The notes: generated by a model from the letters alone, not told the origin. A DNA stretch of 36,411 nucleotides from Clostridia bacterium (GCA_017504335.1 JAFVRI010000166.1:1-36411); one strand, 5' to 3'. Shown: positions 23,758 through 32,740, numbered from the stretch's first letter. A program made the numbers and translations.

Positions 23758-25485
23758 TTATTTCAGCAAATGGCGCTTAATCTTCTTGGAGGTAGTCTTT
23801 TCAAAGGGAGTGTTGCGCAGCTCAACCAGCTTGATCTGCTTGTAGGTGGGAAGCTTCTTGTTCATCGCCATAATCGTATCCTCAATATCGTCTAAGATCA
23901 CGGAATCAGAAGTTCCCTCGGGGTACTTGGTATAGTCGGGATATACAATGGCAACCAGCGTGACCGTCTCATCCTTTTCTCTGCCCAGCACCACGCTCTC
24001 CGCAATGGTATCGATCTCACCCAGATACTCCTCGATCTCCTCGGGGAATACGTTCTTTCCGTTTTCCAGAACGATCAGATTCTTCAGTCGGCCGGTAATG
24101 AAGCAGTAGCCGTCCTCGTCCATATATGCCATATCGCCCGTGCGGAACCAGCCGTCCGCCGTAAATGCCTGCGCATTTGCGGAAGGATTGTTGTAGTAGC
24201 CCAGCATGACGTTGTCACCCTTGACCTGAAGCTCACCCTCAATGAATCCCTTCTCGTTGATCTCGTCTCCGTCAATTCGGATCTGACAGCAAGGAACAGC
24301 GGGACCCACCGAGCCGTACTTACGGGCATAATAGGGAGTTACGCAAACCAAAGGCGAGCATTCGGTAATACCGAAGCCCTCGTAGATGGAAATACCGATG
24401 CTCTCGAAGAACTCGATCATACGGGGATTCAGTGCCGCGCCGCCGCAGATGATCTTCTCGACTCTGCCGCCAAAGGAATCCAGAACCTCGCCGAAAATCT
24501 TTCTGCGCTTGTCAATACCGATGCTGGTCATGGCACGGGACGCGCTCAGACCCAGCTTCAGCTTCTTATCCCGTCCGGTCTTCTTTGCCTCTGTCCAGAT
24601 CTTCTTATAGATGGTGTAAACAAAGAGAGGCACCAGCACCAAAGCCGTAGGCTTGAAGAGCTTGAAATTCTTCAGTACACGGGAGAGAGAGTCGTTGATG
24701 CAGATGTGCATGCCGTAATCCATTGCCGCCAGAAGGCACGCGAGCTCGTAGGTATGGTGAATGGGAAGCACCGAAACGATCACATCGTCGGGATAGAAAT
24801 CCACCGTCTCTGCCGCGGAGCTGACTGCCGCGAAGATGTTCTTCTGGCTGAGCATGACGCACTTGCTGGTTCCCGTGGTGCCCGAGGTAAACAGCATCTC
24901 TGCCAGTCCCTCACGATCCTTCACGGGCGGGAAGCGGTAGCCTTCCTTGCGGGCAGCCTTACCCATTTCCAAAACCTTTTCAAAGGAAACCACGTTCTCT
25001 ACCGCAGACTCCGCCTCATTGGGCGCGATGGCAATAAAGTGCTTCAGGCTCTTATGCTCCTTCTGCGTGTTTGAAAACTTTCCGTTGAAGCTTGCGGAAT
25101 AAATGATACCCTCTGCCTCCACTCCGTCAAGGAAGCCCTCGATCGCCTCGATCTCCAGCTCCTTATCCATGGGAATGGCAACGCCGCCGATGGAAAGAAT
25201 CGCCAGATAGGAAGCCAGCCACTGCACGGAGGTCTCTCCGATGATCGCTACTCGCTTTCCCTCCAGACCGATCTTGGCCAGACCTGCCGCCGTTCTGCGG
25301 ATCATCTTGGTGAACTGCGCATAGGTCATATCGATCAGCTTTCTCTTTTCGCCGAAATAGGAGAAGGCAACACGGTTGCCATGCTTCTCCAATACACGGT
25401 AATAATCCAACACGTTTGATACGCGCTCATACTGTCTCTTGGTCTTTTTCGCCGTATGAATCTTTACGGGCTTTGTGTTTTTCAT
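23758..25485 (-). CDS. AMP-dependent synthetase/ligase (long-chain fatty acid-CoA ligase-like)
   Basis: ATG at 25485 follows GGAGGA. The AMP-binding motif is FTSGTTGTSKCVML. Also present are GYGITE-like EGFGITEC and WFRTGD. Confidence 0.85.
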   Translation of the reverse strand: MKNTKPVKIHTAKKTKRQYERVSNVLDYYRVLEKHGNRVAFSYFGEKRKLIDMTYAQFTKMIRRTAAGLAKIGLEGKRVAIIGETSVQWLASYLAILSIGGVAIPMDKELEIEAIEGFLDGVEAEGIIYSASFNGKFSNTQKEHKSLKHFIAIAPNEAESAVENVVSFEKVLEMGKAARKEGYRFPPVKDREGLAEMLFTSGTTGTSKCVMLSQKNIFAAVSSAAETVDFYPDDVIVSVLPIHHTYELACLLAAMDYGMHICINDSLSRVLKNFKLFKPTALVLVPLFVYTIYKKIWTEAKKTGRDKKLKLGLSASRAMTSIGIDKRRKIFGEVLDSFGGRVEKIICGGAALNPRMIEFFESIGISIYEGFGITECSPLVCVTPYYARKYGSVGPAVPCCQIRIDGDEINEKGFIEGELQVKGDNVMLGYYNNPSANAQAFTADGWFRTGDMAYMDEDGYCFITGRLKNLIVLENGKNVFPEEIEEYLGEIDTIAESVVLGREKDETVTLVAIVYPDYTKYPEGTSDSVILDDIEDTIMAMNKKLPTYKQIKLVELRNTPFEKTTSKKIKRHLLK

Positions 25486-25547
25486 ATTTATCTTCCTCCA
25501 AATCACGTACTTTATAACAATATACTTTTTCTGTCAGAATGATTCAT

Positions 25548-26015
25548 TCAAAGCATGTCTTCTGCGCTTCTCAAATTTTCGCAGATTTCATCAAGGGTTT
25601 CATAAAATATCGCCAGCTGATCCTTGGGAATGCTACCGCTGACGTGGGCATGAATCCGTATGACCAGATCGTTGATCTCCTCGGTGATCTCTCTTCCCCG
25701 CTCGGTCAGCGCGCACCGCTTGCGGTAACGGGAGCCGTTTCCGATCTCATTCACGTAGCCCTTTTCCAAAAGCTCTCCGATGACGCGGGTGATCTGCGCC
25801 CGATCCACGGCACAATAGCCTGCCAGCTCGGTTCTGGTCAATCCCTCGGGAGCATCAAACAGTCTGCGCATGCAGATGGTGTGCGTACCACTCAGACCAT
25901 ATTCGCTCATTTTGCGGTTTTTGATCTTTTCGATACTCTTCGTAGCGCTCCCGATCATGCCGCTGAAGGTCTCAAATCCCCCCTCGTTTTCCGGTCTCGC
26001 CATCCTGTTATCCAC
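25548..26015 (-). CDS. MarR family transcriptional regulator
   Basis: Winged-HTH region LTRTELAGYCAVDRAQITRVIGELLEKGYV. The start is uncertain: GTG at 26015 (8 nt after AAGGAGG), versus the track GTG at 26024 inside the RBS, or ATG at 26003. Confidence 0.8.
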   Translation of the reverse strand: MDNRMARPENEGGFETFSGMIGSATKSIEKIKNRKMSEYGLSGTHTICMRRLFDAPEGLTRTELAGYCAVDRAQITRVIGELLEKGYVNEIGNGSRYRKRCALTERGREITEEINDLVIRIHAHVSGSIPKDQLAIFYETLDEICENLRSAEDML

Positions 26016-26041
26016 GAACTTCACCTCCTTGCCTACTGTAC

Positions 26042-26070
26042 ATTATATCACGAAAATGTTGAGATGTCAA
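26042..26070 (-). promoter_or_regulatory. promoter of marR-acyl-CoA synthetase, with an overlapping inverted repeat
   Basis: The minus strand reads TTGACA (26070..26065), a 17-nt spacer, then TATAAT (26047..26042). The inverted repeat GTTGA-catc-TCAAC spans the -35 and is a candidate MarR operator. Confidence 0.55.
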
Positions 26071-26270
26071 CAAGAATGTGCATTTTTCTTTTTCCTCCCA
26101 ATATTTTTGTATGTTTTTTGTGAAAAATACATGGAAAAGTTTCGAAAAATTTAGATTTAGGATGAAAAAATCCGATCGTCGGACTCCTACAGAAGGAAAC
26201 GGTGGTCGATTTTTTCGGGTCGTAAGATTCTTCTCACCCATCGTCCGCCGAGATAGACGCTTCCCAACAC

Positions 26271-26302
26271 AAAAAAGCAGGCAGAGAAGCCTCTCTGCCT
26301 GC
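26271..26302 (-). terminator. intrinsic terminator of the P-type ATPase gene
   Basis: The stem GCAGGCAGAG (26277-26286) pairs with CTCTGCCTGC (26293-26302). The A-run at 26271-26276 reads as a U-run on the minus strand. Confidence 0.8.
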
Positions 26303-26316
26303 TTGATCAAATTCAA

Positions 26317-29007
26317 TTAACCGTTCCGATCTTTCTTTCGGTCGATTCTGCGGTGAATGATCTTCACCAGCTCTACGATGGGAATGATGGTCACGGCAAG
26401 CGCCATGGCAATACCGTATTCCATCCAGTTCAGATGTGCCAGCTCAAATGCCTCGCACAGGAAGTCTACCTCCACCACAACGGTGGTCAGAATGAAGGAC
26501 AGCACCGCGGCACCCCAGAGCCACTTGTTCTGCCCCTTGAGCTTAAAGATCGAGCCGTGCAGAGACCGCATGTTGAAGGCATGGAAGATCTCGCACATGG
26601 AAAGGGTCAGGAACGCCATACTGGAGCCGAGCATCTCCGCGGAGTACGCACCCGAAGCAATCGCCTCGGCATGATGCTCAACCGCCAGCCAATACCGTCC
26701 GATCATATAGGACGCAATGGTGATTCCGGTCACCAGAATTCCCTGGTACGCAACGGCAAATCCGAGACCACCCGCGAAAATTCCCTCTCGGGAATCACGG
26801 GGCTTTCGCTCCATGACATTCGCCTCGGGCTTTTCCATGCCCAGCGCCAGTGCCGGGAAGCAGTCGGTGATCAGATTGATCCACAACAGATGCACGGGCT
26901 GGAAGATGGTAAATCCAAGCAGGGTCGCCGCGAAAATGGAAAGGACCTCAGACAGGTTGGATGCCAAAAGGAACTGGATCGCCTTACGGATGTTGTCGTA
27001 AATACGGCGTCCCTCTCCCACGGCAGAAACGATGGTGGCAAAGTTATCGTCGGCAAGGATCATATCCGCCACATTCTTGGTGACGTCGGTTCCGGTAATA
27101 CCCATTCCCACACCGATGTCCGCATTCTTGATGGAGGGCGCGTCATTGACACCGTCTCCCGTCATAGCGGTAACCTTGCCCTTCTTTCTCCACGCATTGA
27201 CGATCCTCGTCTTATGCTCGGGCTGTACGCGGGCGTAAACCGAATAGCGCTCTACTGCCGTCTCAAACTCCTCATCGGAGATCTCGTTCAGCTCGGCACC
27301 CGTCAGCGCCTGATCGGCACTCTCGATCATGCCAAGCTGCTTGGCGATCGCCACGGCGGTATCCTTGTGGTCACCCGTGATCATGATGGGACGAATACCC
27401 GCCGAGCGGCACTCATCAATGGCAGGCTTTACCTCGGGACGGACGGGGTCGATCATGCCCACAAGTCCCACGAAGCAAAGCTCCTTCTCCACCGCCTCGG
27501 AGGTATATTCCGCAGGCACCGCGGAAAGGCTCTTCTTGGCAGCGGCAAGCACGCGGAGTGCCTGATCTGCCATACCCTTGTTTGCCGTAAGGATGTCGGC
27601 GCGGATCTCGTCGGTCATGGGAACCTCCGCTCCGCCCACCAACGCATGGGTGCATCTCTTGAGCAGCTCGTCGGGGGCACCCTTGGTGAACTGCAGAAGC
27701 GTGCCGTCCTCGGTCCGGTGTACCGTGGACATCATCTTTCTGCCCGAATCAAAGGGAACCTCGCCGATGCGAACGTAGACCTGCTTCTCGGTCTGCTTGG
27801 ACAGTCCCAATCGCTCGGCATAGTTGACCAGCGCGCACTCAGTGGGCTCGCCAACCGCTTCCCCTGCCTCGGGGTCAAACTCCGCGTCGGAGCAGAGCGA
27901 CATGGCATTGGCAAGCAGTCCTTCGTCCTCACCGTAGTGATCCACCACGGTCATTTTGTTCTGGGTCAGCGTACCCGTCTTATCCGAGCAGATGATCTGG
28001 GTACAACCCAAAGTTTCTACCGCCGTCAGCTTTCGGATGATGGCGTTGCGCTTCGACATATTGGTGACACCGATGGACAGCACAATGGTCACAACGGTAG
28101 CCAAGCCCTCGGGAATGGCGGCAACCGCCAAGGAGATCGCGATCATAAAGGAGCTCATGATCGACTCAAAGCCAAAGCCCTCGCGAAGCAGCTGAACGCC
28201 GAAGATGATGACACAAATACCAATCACCAGGTAGGTCAGGATCTTGGAAAGCCCTGCCAGCTTGATCTGCAAGGGGGTCTTTCCCTCCTGTGCCTCTGCC
28301 AGCGCGTTTGCGATCTTACCCATTTCGGTGTCCATGCCGGTGTTGGTGACCACCGCCTTACCTCTGCCGTAAACCACGGTAGAGCCCATAAACACCATGT
28401 TTTTGCGGTCGCCCAGTGCCACGTCACCGTTGGCATCGGGCGTCAGCGCATCCGATTCCTTGTTGACGGGAACCGATTCTCCCGTCAGAGCCGCCTCCTC
28501 AATCTTCATGGAAGCGCTCTCCAGAACACGCGCATCAGCGGGAACCGCGTCACCCGCCTCCAAAAGGATCACGTCACCGACCACCAGATCCTCGCTGGCG
28601 ATCATGGTCAGCTTTCCGTCACGGATCACCTTGCTTTGTGCCTTGGACATTTCCTGTAATGCCTCAATGGCCTTTTCCGCCTTGCTCTCCTGGAATACAC
28701 CGAGGATCGCGTTGATGATGACTACCGCAAGAATGATCACCACATCGGCGGGAAACTCGAAGCCGTGCTGCAAGCCGTTGTAAATCTCAACGCCCGCAGA
28801 AATTGCCGCCGCTACCAAAAGAATAATGGTCATCGGCTCTGCCAGCTGCTTCAAAAAGCGATGGAAAATCGACTCTCTCTTTGCCTCAACCAGCTTGTTC
28901 TTTCCGTTGACTTCCAGTCTCTTGCCTGCCTCCGCAGACGAAAGTCCGTCCGCATTGCCCTCGACCTTGCGAAGCACCTCGGAAGAATCCTCCAAGTAAA
29001 ATTTCAT
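26317..29007 (-). CDS. P2-type cation-transporting ATPase (Ca2+/Mn2+ pump-like)
   Basis: 896 aa. Motifs are LTGESVPV (A domain), ICSDKTGTLT (phosphorylation site), MITGDHKDTA and TGDGVNDAPS. The M4 motif IPEGLATV is typical of P2 Ca2+-type pumps. Confidence 0.92.
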   Translation of the reverse strand: MKFYLEDSSEVLRKVEGNADGLSSAEAGKRLEVNGKNKLVEAKRESIFHRFLKQLAEPMTIILLVAAAISAGVEIYNGLQHGFEFPADVVIILAVVIINAILGVFQESKAEKAIEALQEMSKAQSKVIRDGKLTMIASEDLVVGDVILLEAGDAVPADARVLESASMKIEEAALTGESVPVNKESDALTPDANGDVALGDRKNMVFMGSTVVYGRGKAVVTNTGMDTEMGKIANALAEAQEGKTPLQIKLAGLSKILTYLVIGICVIIFGVQLLREGFGFESIMSSFMIAISLAVAAIPEGLATVVTIVLSIGVTNMSKRNAIIRKLTAVETLGCTQIICSDKTGTLTQNKMTVVDHYGEDEGLLANAMSLCSDAEFDPEAGEAVGEPTECALVNYAERLGLSKQTEKQVYVRIGEVPFDSGRKMMSTVHRTEDGTLLQFTKGAPDELLKRCTHALVGGAEVPMTDEIRADILTANKGMADQALRVLAAAKKSLSAVPAEYTSEAVEKELCFVGLVGMIDPVRPEVKPAIDECRSAGIRPIMITGDHKDTAVAIAKQLGMIESADQALTGAELNEISDEEFETAVERYSVYARVQPEHKTRIVNAWRKKGKVTAMTGDGVNDAPSIKNADIGVGMGITGTDVTKNVADMILADDNFATIVSAVGEGRRIYDNIRKAIQFLLASNLSEVLSIFAATLLGFTIFQPVHLLWINLITDCFPALALGMEKPEANVMERKPRDSREGIFAGGLGFAVAYQGILVTGITIASYMIGRYWLAVEHHAEAIASGAYSAEMLGSSMAFLTLSMCEIFHAFNMRSLHGSIFKLKGQNKWLWGAAVLSFILTTVVVEVDFLCEAFELAHLNWMEYGIAMALAVTIIPIVELVKIIHRRIDRKKDRNG

Positions 29008-29048
29008 GCTTTACCCCTTTCTTTTTTCGGGACTTGCCCCTTCTGCGC

Positions 29049-29180
29049 AAAATAAAAAGACCCCTGCAATCCAAAAAGAATCGCAAAAGTCTCGCTACCC
29101 TTGACAGTACCAATGACCGAGCATAAGCCGTGATGACGATCATCGGAGACGCTTTTGCGCCAAGCTACTCCCTTTTACCC
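29049..29180 (-). promoter_or_regulatory. yybP-ykoY (Mn2+) riboswitch-like leader with terminator expression platform
   Basis: The minus-strand RNA reads AAAAGGGAGUAGCUUGG...(about 65 nt of hairpins)...CAAGGGUAGCGAGACUUUUGC. It matches the two hallmark strands of the yybP-ykoY aptamer (GGGGAGUAGC and UAGCAAGACC in the L. lactis reference as I recall it). The 3' strand overlaps the terminator GACUUUUGCGAUUC-UUUUU-GGAUUGCAGGGGUC UUUUUAUUUU (plus-strand 29049-29091). Confidence 0.6.
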
Positions 29181-29184
29181 CTCC

Positions 29185-29213
29185 ATTATATACCGACTTT
29201 CCAAAATTGTCAA
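29185..29213 (-). promoter_or_regulatory. promoter of the riboswitch-ATPase unit
   Basis: The minus strand reads TTGACA (29213..29208), a 17-nt spacer, then TATAAT (29190..29185). Confidence 0.6.
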
Positions 29214-29249
29214 GGGCTTTGATCGATTTTATGGAAGTTGGTTATGACC

Positions 29250-29392
29250 GATTTTTGTCGCTTTTTGGAAAATTCTTACGACTCATATTTTTGTCGCTTT
29301 TGAAAAAGCTCCGCAAAACTTTCATACAAATTATGGCTTGGGGAACATAGACTCCTCGTCCTTGTGTAGGATGTAAGTGATTCTTTTTTTAT
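29250..29392 (+). repeat. family T repeat, copy E1 (no upstream gene; head duplicated, tail missing)
   Basis: TTTTTGTCGCTTTTTGGAAAA, then TTACGAC (29276-29282), then ATTTTTGTCGCTTTTGAAAAAGCTCCGCAAAACTTTCATACAAATTATGGCTTG...CCTCGTCCTTGTGTAGGATG. The copy is truncated at a T-run where copy H3 begins. Confidence 0.75.
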
Positions 29393-29394
29393 AA

Positions 29395-29543
29395 CGGGGC
29401 GTCGAGGACGTCGCCCCCTACAAGAGATAGAGAGATGCCTTTGTAATTTTCCTAAATATGCAATCGGATATACGTTTGTTTATTTAGGAGAATGCGCGAC
29501 AAATTCCATCTATCCCGTAGGGGGCGACGTCCTCGACGCCCCG
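29395..29543 (-). repeat. family H long-hairpin element, copy H3 (interior inverted relative to H1)
   Basis: The arms are CGGGGCGTCGAGGACGTCGCCCCCTAC (29395-29421) and GTAGGGGGCGACGTCCTCGACGCCCCG (29517-29543), extended by TATAA/TTATA. The reverse complement of the interior aligns with H1 (GATAGA..ATTTGTCG..CATTCTCCTAAATAAACAAA...CCGATTGC.TATTTAGGAAAATT.CA..GGCATC.CTCTATC). Confidence 0.8.
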
Positions 29544-29547
29544 TTAT

Positions 29548-29722
29548 AAAAAGAGAAGAAATCCGTCGGGACGCAGCAGGGTCCGACGGATTTCTACCTT
29601 AGAGAAAAAAGAATCGCTCATATCCTACACAAAGACGAGGAACGTGTAGTAAGGTAAAGAAATAATTTGTATGAAAAGTTTTGCGGAGCTTTTTTCAAAA
29701 GCGACCAAAATCCATCCCTCAA
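29548..29722 (-). repeat. family T repeat, copy E2 (3' of the PocR/AraC gene)
   Basis: The minus strand reads TAG TTAGTTGAGGGATGGATTTTGGTCGCTTTTGAAAAAAGCTCCGCAAAACTTTTCATACAAATTATTTC...ACGTTCCTCGTCTTTGTGTAGGATATG...TTTTCTCTAAGGTAGAAATCCGTCGGACCCTGCTGCGTCCCGACGGATTTC. The hairpin is identical to that of copy C. Confidence 0.85.
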
Positions 29723-30553
29723 CTAACTACTCCCCCTCAATTTTCTCCATTCGGAGGGCGAGATCCCTTCCATCTTTTTAAAGCAGCGGGAGAAGTATTC
29801 CACATCGGGGAATCCGCAGCGCTCGGCGATATCGGTGACGGAAAGGGAGGTGTTGAGGAGCAGCTCACGGGCGAGCTTCATGCGTTCCTTCTGCACGTAC
29901 TGCATGATGGTCATACCGAACTCACGGCGAAAGCTTTCGGTCAGAGTTACGGTGCTGCAATGGAGACGCTGGCTGATATCCGACAGGGTAATTTTTTTCT
30001 TGAGATTTTTACGCACATACTGCTTGATCAGATAGCCGAGGGTCTGACGGCTGGAGGAGACCAGGCGATTGGCGGACAGATGCGATGCTAAGAGGGCAAG
30101 CAGACGTTCGATCGCGTCCATTTCCTCGCGGGAATGGCAAACGAGGGAGCGAGCGCCCTCGCGGAGCGCGGCGGTGCTGATTTCGGGGGCATCGGACAGC
30201 ACCAGCTGATAAAGCCCCTGCAAATGACCCGCATGCTCGGGGAAAATGGCGGGCCCAATGAAGAGATAGCCGAGAATATGCTCCCCGTCGAGGATGGGAT
30301 AGATCGCCTCCCAAAGCCCATAGGGGCAGGCATAGATCTGGGGCAGATGGGTCTGCTTTGCCTGCACCAGCATCCGCGCGTCGGAGCGGATACAGCGATC
30401 GAGGCAGAGCTTGGACTTGTGAAGGGTGGAGCAGTAGGATGCCTGATCGGCAATGTTGCAGACGCAACGGAATTGCTCGTCGTAGAGCGCGATATTCAAA
30501 TGGGTCAGCAGATGAAAGTCGTGCAAAAGCTCCTCTGCCTTGGATGTTGCCAT
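29723..30553 (-). CDS. AraC family transcriptional regulator with an N-terminal PocR-like sensory domain
   Basis: MATSKAEELLHDFHLLTHLNIALYDEQFRCVCN...CSTLHKSKLCLDRCIRSD...YACPYGLWEAIYPILDGEHILGYLFIG matches the PocR-type pattern. The C-terminal HTH is ...DIAERCGFPDVEYFSRCFKKMEGISPSEWR. The start at 30553 is uncertain (alternative ATG at 30601). Confidence 0.75.
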   Translation of the reverse strand: MATSKAEELLHDFHLLTHLNIALYDEQFRCVCNIADQASYCSTLHKSKLCLDRCIRSDARMLVQAKQTHLPQIYACPYGLWEAIYPILDGEHILGYLFIGPAIFPEHAGHLQGLYQLVLSDAPEISTAALREGARSLVCHSREEMDAIERLLALLASHLSANRLVSSSRQTLGYLIKQYVRKNLKKKITLSDISQRLHCSTVTLTESFRREFGMTIMQYVQKERMKLARELLLNTSLSVTDIAERCGFPDVEYFSRCFKKMEGISPSEWRKLRGSS

Positions 30554-30751
30554 TTCCTTCTTCCCCCCCTTTTGGTTGTGCTTTCTCTTGTATTGTATCA
30601 TGAAAATCCATAAATTACAACCCCCATTTTTGAAGAAAAACAAAAGAACCTTATTGATTTTTCAAATTGTCTTATGAATCCTTCATGGAAAAGACGGGAA
30701 ATGTTTGCTATAATCTAATCAACACTTCAAGAAAGATGGAGGATTGTGATT

Positions 30752-31804
30752 ATGAGTAAAAGAAGCTTACTGACGGGCGTTGCCTATCACGGCAACCGTA
30801 TGCCCTCCCACGCAAAATATGATTTGGAGCAGATCGCCAAGGCAGACATGGACGTGGTGGTCCATATGCTGTCGCACATTGACTGGACGCGACACAAGAA
30901 GCCCCTGACCGATGTGTTCCGTATGACCGAGGATCTTGGTATGGAGGTCTGGGTCGATAACTGGGGAATGGCGGGTGCGCCCGGCGATTCCTCCCATTTT
31001 CTCTGCTACCATCCCGACGGACATATGATCTTCTCCAACGGTGAGATGCATCCCAAGATGGTCTGCTACAACAACCCCGATTTCCATCAGTTCGCCAAGG
31101 ATTGGCTGGACACCGTAGCGGAAATGGGCGCCAAGACCGTATTCTGGGACGAGCCCTGCCTGCCCAATAAATCGCTGGGCGAGAACCTTGGCGAAGCCTA
31201 CACCTGCTGCTGCCCCCGCTGCAAGAAGCTCTTTGAGGAGAAATACGGCAGACCCATGCCCCTTTTGGCGGACGAGCAGGTCGCCGAATTCCGCAAGGAT
31301 ACCATGGTGAATTTCTTCCGCGTGGTCACCGACTATGCCGCAACCCTTGGCATCCGCAACACCTGCTGCTTTATGCCGGGTGAGTATCTGAATATGCTGG
31401 ATGCGGTCCGTGAGGTCGCCGCTCTGCCCCATATGGATAATTTGGGGGTTGACCCCTATTGGTACAGCCGCCACCGCTATAAGCAGCCCTATGAGTACGT
31501 GTACGGCTACACCAAGAAGATGATGGAGATTGCCAACGAGTACGGCAAGGAGCATAACGCGTGGATTCAGACCTATGCCGTTCCCGCGGGAAGAGAAGAG
31601 GAGATCGTGGAGGCAACCGAGGCGGCATATGACGCAGGTGCCAGATGCATCCTTGCATGGAGCTACGCGGGCGGTGAGTCCAATGACTACCAAGCGGATC
31701 GCCCCGAGCGCACATGGATCGCTACGGTGGAGGCAATGAGACGGGTAAGAGACATGGAGCGTGACCGTGTGCTTGCCGAAAATCGTGCCAAGTACAGAAA
31801 GTAA
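30752..31804 (+). CDS. uncharacterised TIM-barrel glycoside-hydrolase-like protein with a GH42-type Cys cluster
   Basis: ATG at 30752 lies 8 nt after GGAGGA; the track start is a GTG at 30746. The Cys cluster AYTCCCPRCKKLFEEKYG resembles the C-x-C-x2-C...F...YG zinc motif of GH42/GH42-like barrels. Candidate catalytic segments are TVFWDEP and AWIQTYAV. The CDS call is strong; the function is weak. Confidence 0.6.
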   Translation: MSKRSLLTGVAYHGNRMPSHAKYDLEQIAKADMDVVVHMLSHIDWTRHKKPLTDVFRMTEDLGMEVWVDNWGMAGAPGDSSHFLCYHPDGHMIFSNGEMHPKMVCYNNPDFHQFAKDWLDTVAEMGAKTVFWDEPCLPNKSLGENLGEAYTCCCPRCKKLFEEKYGRPMPLLADEQVAEFRKDTMVNFFRVVTDYAATLGIRNTCCFMPGEYLNMLDAVREVAALPHMDNLGVDPYWYSRHRYKQPYEYVYGYTKKMMEIANEYGKEHNAWIQTYAVPAGREEEIVEATEAAYDAGARCILAWSYAGGESNDYQADRPERTWIATVEAMRRVRDMERDRVLAENRAKYRK

Positions 31805-31819
31805 GAGAGAAGAGTAGCG

Positions 31820-32722
31820 ATGTCCTGGTTCCTTTTGGTTTTGATGATCGTGGTCTATACCCTGCAGTCCTTTCTGACACGGCTCTATTCCGATCACTAT
31901 CCGGGCAAGCCCGAGATGGCTGCCCCTGTGTTTACGGTAGTCAGCGGCATTGCCGTGGTGATCGCGTCCTTCGCGGTCAGCGGCTTTCACTTTGACATGT
32001 CCTGGCAGACCCTTGTATTCGGTGCCGTGGGCGGCATTGCCATGGTGATCTACAACGAATCGATCATGAAGTCGGTGCAGAGCGGACCCTATTCGGTCAT
32101 GATGGTGTTCCAGATCTCGGGTGCCATTATCATTCCCATTTTCTCGGATGCGCTGATCTTTGGTGCCAACATAACCCCCGTGCAGATCATCTGCATTTCG
32201 GTGGTACTGGTTTCGGTCTATCTGGTGTCCAAGAAGGACGGAGAGGAGAAATGCAAAAAGGGCTTTTGGGTTGCCTCCTTTGCCCTCGGCATTGCCAACG
32301 GTGTCTACGGAAGCCTTCTGAACATCCAGCAGGGAATCACGGGTCCTGAGGAGAAGGAAGAAATGCTGGCGGTGATCTTCGGTGTGGCGGTGATCATTTC
32401 CGCGACACGGCTCGCCATTGGGCAAAGACGGGAATTTTTCTCGGTCATGAAGCAAACGAGGATCTCGGCGATCTATCTGATCGTCTGCTCAGCGGTGGTA
32501 GTAGCGGGACTTTTCCTTCTGACCGCCCTGATCGGCATGATGGATCTGGCGATCCTTTATACCTTTGACAGCTCCAGTATGCTGGTGCTGAGTGTGATCT
32601 GCTCCTGCATTTTCCTGAAGGAGAAGATCTCCACCCTGAATATCATCGGATGCGTGACCATGTGCGCGGCGCTCATCTGTATGTCAGGCTGGGATTGGTT
32701 TGTCAGTATGTTTGCGAAGTAA
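31820..32722 (+). CDS. DMT superfamily (EamA-like) permease
   Basis: 300 aa with about 10 hydrophobic helices in two similar halves and no soluble domain. Confidence 0.7.
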   Translation: MSWFLLVLMIVVYTLQSFLTRLYSDHYPGKPEMAAPVFTVVSGIAVVIASFAVSGFHFDMSWQTLVFGAVGGIAMVIYNESIMKSVQSGPYSVMMVFQISGAIIIPIFSDALIFGANITPVQIICISVVLVSVYLVSKKDGEEKCKKGFWVASFALGIANGVYGSLLNIQQGITGPEEKEEMLAVIFGVAVIISATRLAIGQRREFFSVMKQTRISAIYLIVCSAVVVAGLFLLTALIGMMDLAILYTFDSSSMLVLSVICSCIFLKEKISTLNIIGCVTMCAALICMSGWDWFVSMFAK

Positions 32723-32740
32723 GAAAATAAACGGAAAGAA

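Noticed and set aside
26353-28659. 768-aa plus-strand ORF
   Set aside because: It is antisense to the P-type ATPase (DKTGTLT and TGDGVNDAP are present on the minus strand). Its composition is typical of a reverse-frame artefact.
9051-29543. Possible CRISPR array suggested by the recurring GTCGAGGACGTCG-containing sequence
   Set aside because: The occurrences are inverted pairs that form the arms of three dispersed elements. They are not direct repeats with regular 25-40 bp spacers, and there are no cas genes.
30767-32455. 562-aa minus-strand ORF
   Set aside because: It spans two well-supported plus-strand genes and their intergenic gap. It is rich in H/G/R and has no motifs or RBS.
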